A stretch of 64,000 nt of DNA, taken from the NCBI RefSeq assembly GCF_902652985.1, contig NC_047020.1:41974001-42038000 (forward strand). The letters are read 5' to 3'. The notes under the pieces were generated by a model that did no database searches, was not told the origin of the DNA, and was given only the letters and a program-made list of their open reading frames with translations. Source of the DNA: Pecten maximus (taxonomy: Eukaryota). This document shows, piece after piece, positions 53,719 to 64,000 of the stretch. Made by a program: the position numbers and the translations under genes. How positions within the stretch are numbered: the stretch's first letter is position 1; the number at the start of each line of letters is the position of its first letter.

Positions 53719-56700
53719 GTTATTGACACAACCAAGCCCGACTGTGTCTTAATTATGTATTGATTTTATTTCCTAACTGCAACAGATTACATTTCAACAT
53801 GTTCGTTCTGCAGTTAAAGCTGTACTCTAATGCACTACTCACGGAACCACGAGGGACTAACAAGTAATTTGTTCACTAAATATGTAATGACCCATTACGG
53901 TGCTACGTGTAGATAGACTGTTTTATGTATTTGAGGAAAATCTTTGTATTTAGCTGAATGATGTATCGTTGCATCACACCCCCTTCCCCTTAAATCATGC
54001 GTCACATTACACGGAACTTGTCTTCAAAAATCTCACCAAAGAGTAATATACAGGCATGACGTCATCACTGTCTTCGGTTTCTGGCAAGTGGTTATTCAGC
54101 AAACAATTTAACGATTCTTGGACTGGCAACATTATCAACACATTGTTAGCTAACATCATGGCATGTAGATGTTATATCCAAGTATGGTGTCGATGGTTTC
54201 GAACTAATGTTTTTTTGTTTTAGGATTTTTTTCCGTAATGTTATTAAAGGAGGTTAAATGTAATTTCCCTTCATCCTCTTATGTCTTTGACCTTAAGAGG
54301 TCCCTTTGTGTCTGAATACGTTAACCACCCAAAGGAATAGGTAAAAATGTGTGACAGAAGCCCTTCAAGGTGCAAGATTTGTCTGGTGGCCAGAAAAAGC
54401 ACCATAAAACATAATGCACATTATCTTTCAACAGACATTTGGTGATGACCATGTACATTCGCAATGCTTTAGTATAAGAAGCATACAACAATGGCAAGCG
54501 TAACTGATTGTCAATATGATATCAAAACAAAAGAAAATAAAAAAACAAATAAATAAATAAAATCAAAATATGTCAATTGAACATACGAGCAAATTGAGCA
54601 CAACGGTTAAAATAAATAAATTTTGAAAACAAGTTTTCATTCTCGAAAATTCCATGCTTGAATCATATTCCAAGCATAACGTAACACTGAGACACAAGTC
54701 CGGCTGGTTCATACCAAGATTACTGTAACATAATTAGCTATGTGATCTTTTTGACAAAATATCTTTTTTCATGAATTTAGTTTCATTACCAACATTGGCA
54801 GGCGCATTTCCTTATGTTTAAATTTCATTAAAACATTGATGAAATTTGTATAAAATATCTAGGTATGTTTTTTTTCACGATTGCTAAACCGCAATACAAA
54901 CAATTGTCAAAAGCATCATTTTCGATTTAAAAGTACTGAATTGTCTGATGATATCAATAAAATTATTTAACTATAAATGTCACTGGAAGAAAATTAGAAG
55001 GACGGAACGCTAATAAAAGTTCGAGTGTTGACGTTGAGAATGTTATAAACAAGTAAAAACGGTGTTTGGTCCTGTCAAATGTCGTGGGAGCTACCAGATG
55101 GTTTTATTGATAAGCTTGGCCAGAGTGTCATAAAATGTCGATTTCAAACAATCTAGACAATATTTTTTATAGCGATGAAAATACTGACTGTGTAATCAGA
55201 ATACACGTAGTCATCGAAGGCGTTGAAGTGATATAGTAGGCCTGATTGTCAGTGTCGCTTTTTGTCGTGTCTAAGGCAATCAACGTAATAGAGCCATATT
55301 GGTTAAGGTGTCCAGTTAACAGGCGTTTTATAAAGATAAGAGATTAAAGTGATTTTATGGTAGAATATTAGGCGTTATGATGAAATAAGTGCCGTCTATT
55401 CCAAGACATGAGGTGATTTCAGGCATCCATTTAGATCTTGTTAAGTATGATTATAAAGCTAGCCAGAACGAGGCAAATGGACAGAGCACCATTAAGTAGG
55501 TTCTATCAGACGCTATATTTGATTGCGTCATTATACATGAAAAGAAAATGTACTAGTTATTAGGTGAAATAAACTCATTATATCAAGTTTAATCCTATGA
55601 ATGACGGGATTTAATGAAAACCGCTGGTCACATGTAATTTGTCAGTCCTACTATAAAACACGAAAAATCTGTATATAAGTTCTTTCGTGGTTCGGAATTT
55701 TCAAATTATTTCGTGGGTACAGACGTTTGTGGTTAGCCCATGCAAGAAGAAAATAACACTACAAGAAACAACAATATTTTTTGTATTTATTTTCGTGGTT
55801 ATATAGCAACCACGAAAATAGCGCTACTACATACACAAAGAACGTTTCATGCTATATGCAAAGGTACATGTAGTAGTGTACCGATGTCAAGGACATTGTA
55901 TGCTAAGATGCGCAAAATAACACTACTGCTACGGTGAATGACGTCACACAGACTATATAACTACTGTGTAGCATACACTTTTAATGACAAATAATGATAT
56001 ATTTATCTTCCTATATAATACTTCTTTTACCCGCATGATTGTGTTTTAACGCGTGTATCGACTCCCGGGTCGCAATGACATCCGGTATCAGAAAGTGGTA
56101 AATCGGCTTTTGATCTTACGCGAATGAATCTCCTTCAATAAACACTATATGTTATGAACCTGATTGTAAAGCAGTTGGATCTGGTCAATATTGTGAATGT
56201 TCCATCTCAATGACACCACTCCCTTGTCTAGGACAGAAACATGTATACAAAGCAATGAAAAAAGATATGTGATAGGAATTTGTAATAAGCTTTGGTATTA
56301 TTTAGATTCGTTCCCCGTACTATATAATGGTATTACTGTCTGCGAGCAACCTATTGGAATAACAATACGTTTTCAACTATTGTACAACAGTACAAAACAC
56401 TATACATTACTGTATAGTACAAGTACATAACCCATAATATTTAACGATCGATAGACGAAATAAAATTTACGGATCACTCTGATGTTCCCGCAATATTAAC
56501 GGTTGCTCTCATGTCCCTTTAATGTACGAATTTAGTTTTTTTCGCAAGAGTCGTTAAATCAATCACGAACAATTATATAAATGACAATTAACGAAATAAA
56601 ACATGTTTATTCAACCAGACATTATTTTTAGGTTTTAAAAACAAGAACTTAAACAAAACAAAAAATAAAACAAAAAAAAGTCTGGATAAGATTGCAACAA

Positions 56701-57571
56701 AATCGATAAAATGTAGCAAACGTTTCCATTCGATAATAAACAAAACTGACTACTAGCCAATTCCAGGAATACCACATAGCAATAACGAAAAAAAGAAATA
56801 TGATTTTTATGTATGATCAATATACCACGAAGGAATTACTAACACGTACCTTGTGTAGCTAACTCGTCAGAAATATGTTTTCTGTGGCATTGCTGTTTTG
56901 CAGTCATGTCAGGGCGTTATCTTCATGGGTGTCAGACTAAAATCGTTGCTCGTAATTCAAAGCACATTTGTCTGCTACCGATTTCCGGACAATAGCGGAA
57001 CGTTTTCAGATTTATTAACCTGCACCAGCGATATCGGTAATGATGTTTTACAAAACAGAATCCGTATGTACATTTTAATGGTTGTCTGTGTTTGGCGTTT
57101 CCATGCCGAGACAGTATTGAAAAAAGGGGAAAAAAACATTTGACATGCGTGGGAAGAAAGAAACTGCATAAACTGAAACTCCAGAGACGTATTTGCTTAC
57201 GGATCATTACAAAATTCTACATCAGTGTCCAGGTTTCCATTCCATGCAGGAATGTTTATTGATACAGTATATTAATGCATTGATGCTAAACTTTCCAGTT
57301 ATATATGACTGATGTATCATTCGATATTTATTTAGTATTTAGGTTCACACTTTGGCACGGTTTACTTCAAATCTTAAATAGCACTCATGAATTTATTCTA
57401 ACTTCGGATCCCCTTCAAAGTGTCAACATATTAAATAAACATGTATACAGCTTTTCGCTTTCATATCACTGTTAAAGTTGATAGTATGTGCAATTATATC
57501 AGCTGTCGCAATAGCACTTTGCAATTAAAACGTACACATTCATATTGAAAAAAAAGACAAAAATCGTTTAA

Positions 57572-57920
57572 AGGGGCATTCCTTCGTTCGGAAATTAGAA
57601 ACATGCACAATTTCTACTGTTGAAATTTATGTCCGAACGATGATTATATGAGTGTCTGTGCCTACATGTAATGAAATAAACACCGAAATGTACAGGGAAA
57701 AGCCACATCGTATATAAATACAGTACCGGGTGTGTCTTTGCGGCAGTTAGTGATACTTCGGGTCGAATTTAGAATTTTAAGGGCTTAATTCTCGAAGAAC
57801 TTTGATTCATTTTGAGAGTAAAACTGTCGTATAAATGTAAATATTATAACTTTAACAACTTGGAAAAATACAAGTTGAAGTTTGACGACCTAAACATTAT
57901 TCAAACGAAGGAATGCCCCT
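57572..57920 (-). mobile_element. Kolobok-like MITE, copy 2 (opposite orientation)
   Basis: TTAA|AGGGGCATTCCTTCGTT ... AACGAAGGAATGCCCCT|TTGA. Confidence 0.85.
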
Positions 57921-60047
57921 TTGAAGTCATGCTACTACATTATATATGTTTATATGAAAAGTATAATTGCCCTCTGTCTAACCCATGGTAGGGGGTAAAT
58001 TTAATCTTTTAATAACACTGAGATAATTACTATTACATTTGAAAGCAGCAGCGGTCTGCCAGAAGAATACTTTTTCGATCAATTGTTCCTCGAATGTTTT
58101 GATAATTATGATAGAGACTACCTATTACAAGTATCTTTTTTGCAAACAATAGTTTTAATCATTCTAAAACAATACTTTTAGGACTTTCTTAGTCCTCGGT
58201 TAATATATTTTCTCGGGATAATGGAATCATTTATCAACGTTATAGCGAGGATGTGATTGCATATTATAGAAAAAAACGGCGTTCAAACAACCACAACAAG
58301 GACTTAGTCACAATATAAATGCAAAGTTATTAAAGTAACAGTCAATTATAATAACGGCAATGTTAGAATTAGCATTACTGCTTGGTTCCACGTTACCAAC
58401 CTCCAAGGCAAACAGCAATTTTCGTCACCTTACATAACCTCAAATGAATTATCATCATGTCAGGAAAAGTCCTTCACTAGTTTTCTCGAAGGTGCCATTC
58501 AATGAATTTTTAAACACATACAATATCTTTTTTAGAAAAAGGTCTCGTTAATGGTTGGTTGCCCTTGTCGTTAAGGCAGTTCAAAATATCTCACGGGGAT
58601 GTTTGACTTTTGCTGACTAATAAATAAAAGAAAGGTGTCATTTCCTTTGGTGGAGACTTTAAAATCTCACAGCGTTTGACTGAATTCCAAGGACATCAGA
58701 ATATTTTATGGTTTTTGATTTCCCTATAGCAGTTTAAGACGAATGTTTTGTTCTTTGTTGACGTTGGCTTATTTTGTTTGCACTTTGTTCAAAGTGGAAT
58801 GTAACTGAATCAAGCACATATTTAAGTACTTCAAATGTACATTCTGTAGAAATTTCTATAATGTTATATCAGTGCTGTTCTGTCGTATTATGATTATCGT
58901 ATCATATCACAAATTGTCAGTCTCCTGAAAAACTGTATTTCGTTTGCTATTCATGAATCATGAAATTCTATTCTGTAAATTGAATATAAAATGCTAAAGT
59001 GCATGACAACTTTATATCATATTTGATGTCGGTTAACCAAGCAGTAAATTCAATAATTTTAATAAAATATTTCAATGTTTTTAGACTACCTTTATCCTGA
59101 CATTTCTATCTGAAAACAAATCACCACACTTGCTCTACCACAAGCATCAAAACGTATTATGGATGGCATTGCCAGAACATGTCATGTGCAATATATTATA
59201 TTTCCATTTTATTTACATTGCAACTGAGAGGTAATGTTCAATGAAATAGATTCCTTGTCAATTAAAATTTATTTTATTTGTATCAATTTTTTTCTAATAT
59301 TTCTAAAATGAAATCTTGATACGCTAAGGTCGCTTATTTGTGATTTTGGATCAATGAATATATCAAAAACCCATGTTATAAACGATTAGATGTTCCACAA
59401 ATTCAGCATCAATGGTTATTAATATATTTTGTATGAAAAACTACGAAGTACGTTCACATTGAAATTGAACGAATATTTAGAATACTAATTATTCTATTAG
59501 ATTCCAGGGAAACTTGAACCTTATCACTGGAAAGAGCGACATGCTACATCTAAAAAAAAATTGTTCAGATCTGCTTTGCCGTCTTGAATAATGAATGTTC
59601 CCATTGTATCTTCAGATTTAATGAAATTTTCTTATCTTACACTACTTGTATGATACAAAAGCGACATCTAAACGAATTCTGGTATAGATCAATAAATACC
59701 AAATTGCTTTTTGAAAAGTGCGCATGGTTTCTACGTGTTAAATGCTCACTTTCATAATTACTCGTTTTCAGTTCCTGAAGAAACTAATTTTAGAAATGTA
59801 CTTTAAAAGATAAAACATGTATGAGTGGTAAAAAAATAAACATGTATTGTTGTTATAATACATTACAGCATTGAGTGCTCTGAAGTTACTTTTTAGGCGC
59901 GCGTGAATGAGACGAACGTTATATAATCACGATATTATTCCGCGTGAGATATAGTACAGCTATAGATGAGTTTTAAATAAGAACTATGCAAAAGGGCATG
60001 CCAAAAAAGGAATAGGAAAAAAGGATTGGCGTATGTGAATATACGAT

Positions 60048-61317
60048 ACAGTAAATATGTGCAGGAACAGTAATGTGTGCAGGTATAGGAACATGTGCAG
60101 GTACAGTAATATGTGCAGTTACAGTAATATGTGCAGATACAGTAATATGTACAGGTACAATAATATGTGCAGGTACAGTAATATATACAGGTACAGATAT
60201 ATGTGCTGGTAAAGTTATATGTACAGATACATTAATATGTGCAGGTACATGAATATGTGCAGGTACATGAATATGTGCAAGTACATGAATATGTACAGGT
60301 ACAGTAATATGTGGAAGTACAGTAATATGTACATGTACAGTAATATGTACAGGTACAGTAATATGTACAGGTATGTACAGGTACAGTAATATGTACAGGT
60401 ACAGTAATATGTACAGGTACAATAATATGTACAGGTACAGTAATATGTACAGGTACAGTAATATTACAGGTACAGTAATATGTACAGGTACAGTAATATG
60501 TACAGGTACAGTAATATGTGTAAGTACAGTAATATGTACAGGTACAGTAATATGTACAGGTACAGTAATATGTACAGGTACAGTAATATTACAGGTACAG
60601 TAATATGTACAGGTAAAGTAATATGTACAGGTACAATAATATGTACAGGTACAGTAATATTACAGGTACAGTAATATGTACAGGTACAGTAATATGTACA
60701 GGTACAGTAATATGTACAGATACAGTAATATGTACAGGTACAGTAATATGTACAGGTACAGGTACAGTAATATGTACAGGTACAGTAATATGTACAGGTA
60801 CAGTAATATGTACAGGTAAAGTAATATGTACAGGTACAATAATATGTACAGGTACAGTAATATGTGTAAGTACAGTAATATGTACATGTACAGTAATATG
60901 TACAGGTACAGTAATATGTACAGGTACAGTAATATGTACAGGTACAGTAATATGTGTAAGTACAGTAATATGTACATGTACAGTAATATGTACAGGTACA
61001 GTAATATGTACAGGTACAGTAATATGTACAGGTACAGTAATATCAGCAGGTACAGTAATATGTACAGGTACAGTAATATGTACAGGTACAGTAATATATA
61101 CAGGTACAGATATATGTGTAAGTACAGTAATATGTGCAGGTACAGTGATATGTACAGGTACAGTAATATGTGTAAGTACAGTAATATGTACAGGTATGTA
61201 CAGGTACAGTAATATGTACAGGTACAGTAATATGTACAGGTACAGTAATATGTACAGGTACAGTAATATCAGCAGGTACAGTAATATCAGCAGGTACAGT
61301 AATATCAGCAGGTACAG
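60048..61317. repeat. Minisatellite, 18-bp unit, about 70 copies
   Basis: acaggtacagtaatatgt. Confidence 0.97.
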
Positions 61318-63062
61318 GAATTTAATTTAGATTAAATACTGTACTGGAACAGCACTGTACCTTCTTAAATACCTATTGTTCACAATATTGTGAAATATAT
61401 CAATTAAACAAACCATTTATAGTCCTGTGGATTTTAGTACGATAGGGGACATGAATTATATATAATATACATATGTTAATATCTTTTATGACAGAGAAAC
61501 TTTGAGTTTATCCCAATTCTAGAATCAGTGTTTTTACACACTTACCCACTGTGTGTGTATGACGAAATCTTGTCATGCATACATTGTAACTATATACGGA
61601 GTCTGTCAAATAATGGTTGAACAGATTGATTCCCGCTTTAGCAATGATTTTATGCTTAAAGCTTTATACATTTTTTAGACGTTATTCATTTTATTTTGTT
61701 CAAGATTTTTTTCCCCGATTGATCAAATATGCAGAATAGGACACCAAAACAGCCCCTACCAATGCTATTATAGTTTTAGGATATTAACAAGAAACTCGTT
61801 ATTCCAAAATTGAAACGAAGTTCGGAGAATTTGTTATGGTTTCTGAATGAATTCGTTTTTATTTTACGGCCTCATTAAAAAGATTTAGAGGAGTTTCGAC
61901 GCCTGTTTAATTCTTTATATCCTTTTCACTATGTGGTAGCGTGTGCATTGGGCAAATTAAGAATACGCATTACGTACACTTGCTATGTTATATCTTTATT
62001 TACCGCATTTATAGTGTGACGTCACGCCATTTATGACGTCACAGAGTTGTCATTTGATAATAAACTTTACTTGAAGAGCCTGGCAAAGGAATAAAGATAT
62101 TATATCTATCCTGATAAATGTATTGCTAACCAACACAAATAACAGATATGACAAAAATAAGCATTGGAAACGTTCACAAATTCAGGTCATTTTGCTTAAA
62201 TATCACATCATGTCTTTAAATATAGGTTATAACAGGCAAAGGATTTGTCAGACGACTAATAGGCAATATCGCGATTAAGATGTAAGCAGAGTGTGGAAAT
62301 CAATAAATAATTAAATGAAATATTTAAATAGCCGTTGATGAATGTATAGTCTCGAGCTCTATATACTTCATCTCAGATATAATTAAGATAGATCAATCAA
62401 TATTTGTAATGTCAATTCTGTCAACACCATTAATTCAACGATCTTATTTGGTAGGTATACTGAATAATTAATGAATATTACTATATATTCCGATAAAAGC
62501 AGCATCCGGACCTCATCATCTACCTATGAACTGTACCGGTGAAGCAAATGATAGAACTTCCATGTTTCTATTTCAATTGCGCTCAGTTCAATGGTATTAT
62601 GAGATCAAAATCAAATTAACTGCATTATTCTCAAATGTTCATGTATATGTATTCTGAGCAATATGAGTTTCAAATTTCAAAGATTGTCAAAGCCGTTACA
62701 CGATCAACTACTATTTTTTTTTTAAATATAGTTTGCACAAAAATGTAATGCTTTGATATTTTGTAAATTATACATAAGCGAGAGCTGAAATAGCTGTATA
62801 GTTAATCGATATTAAGCTTCGCTCGATTAATCTACAGTTTACTGTGTGCGATGTTTTTCTCTTTAGTATGTTTTGATCGATATATTCTACTGTAGAACCG
62901 ATCAAAGAGTGAAATAGACCATACCTCCAAACGACAGTGATTAATCAGGTATAAATATATCTGTAATTAATACTACTCGAGATATTCAAACATACACTCA
63001 CCATTTACTGTGCCTTTGATCCATGACCAGAACGCTCTAGTATAATATGTATGATGCCTCAC

Positions 63063-63120
63063 CATGTGTATTACGCCCTCTATCAACCGTTCTCGATGTC
63101 GACCATACAGCAACCGGTGA
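63063..63120 (-). other. Candidate exon (58 nt)
   Basis: ttttcatttgcag| acceptor and ATG|gtgagg donor. The interior is GC-richer with two open frames. Confidence 0.3.
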
Positions 63121-64000
63121 CTGCAAATGAAAATTACATTCATACAGAAATGCCTATACATTAAATATTAATAACCGCTAAATCGCCCTTCATCGCATAT
63201 TCAATCTCCTTAATTGAAGTTTTTATATCGCAGTTATAATAGAAAACTACCAGAGCCTCCCCTGATAGTGCTTGTATTGTCCATCTACTAATGAATGTTG
63301 CGTTCAATTGAATCGAGTGGATGGCGCGCACACTCTGGAATGGTGCTTTTGGGATAGTTTCCTAGAACAGCGATGAGAGAGCAGATACGGTATAGCAAAT
63401 ATCACCAACACCTATACCATATCTGGAATTACCGATAGCTTAAGGGGTTTAAAAACAAACATATACTTAACAGCCCTTACATTAGTGAAATGATAGGTTT
63501 CCTGGAAAACAACTCGATATATGGACGTTGAAGTAGAACAGACCAGCTATTGAAACCTATAAACGATTGTCAGGTTATCACGTAAATGTTCTCAGTGGAG
63601 CAACGAAATGGATATTTGCAATACACATTGTTGTCTTTATATAAATGTAGGCAATTGACAAAGGATGTTTTAACCAATTCAAAATGCTGAAATCGTAAAT
63701 TGTTTTAGGCTATTAGGATGTTTTTATTCTCTCTCTCCCTCTCCACTCTCTTTACCGATTTAGATGTATGAGGGAATGCGGAAACACGACAAAATAATTT
63801 GTCAATTTTTTTAATATATCCGCTTCTGTATCAAATAGCAAAATGTATGCTTTAGATTCAGAGGTTCTGACTTACGAAAATAACACTTTGCCGAAAAAAC
63901 GAAGAAGACATTTTCATAGTCAAGTCGATAGGAAACAGCTAGTATTAACCGAGGCTACAGGTTGAGCTTTTGAAAAGGGGAAACAACAGTTTTTACGGGT

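Noticed and set aside
55190-55212. agaatacacgtag matches the 3' half of miR-137 as I recall it
   Set aside because: The seed region is absent and there is no convincing precursor hairpin.
59973-61330. ORFs up to 235 aa, including a Cys-rich (TGTVIC)n
   Set aside because: Translation of an 18-bp minisatellite, open on both strands.

Overview
AT-rich eukaryotic scaffold sequence with two assembly gaps (132-279 and 17478-17723). The SINE, Helentron-type and Crypton repeats suggest a bivalve mollusc; this is an inference. I recognise no intact protein-coding gene, and almost all ORF-track entries are chance ORFs or translated tandem repeats. The window reads as intronic or intergenic DNA full of decayed mobile elements. 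These include a near full-length frameshifted mariner (27952-29219) with a second 3'-end fragment, a CR1/L2-type LINE reverse transcriptase remnant, a CryptonA-type tyrosine recombinase remnant, several tRNA-derived SINE families, two Kolobok-like MITEs, Helentron-associated repeats and several minisatellites. The most interesting structures are: (1) a ~350-bp non-autonomous LTR element with PBS and PPT whose LTRs contain a tRNA-like Pol III promoter (Helenus-type TRIM); (2) a ~270-bp near-perfect inverted repeat pair enclosing it; (3) a 27-bp palindrome flanked by a 7-bp direct repeat that looks like a P-element-type excision footprint; (4) a SINE with a triplicated tRNA head; and (5) a speculative chain of phase-compatible minus-strand exons. 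All coordinates were read by eye, so the ends of degenerate elements are approximate.
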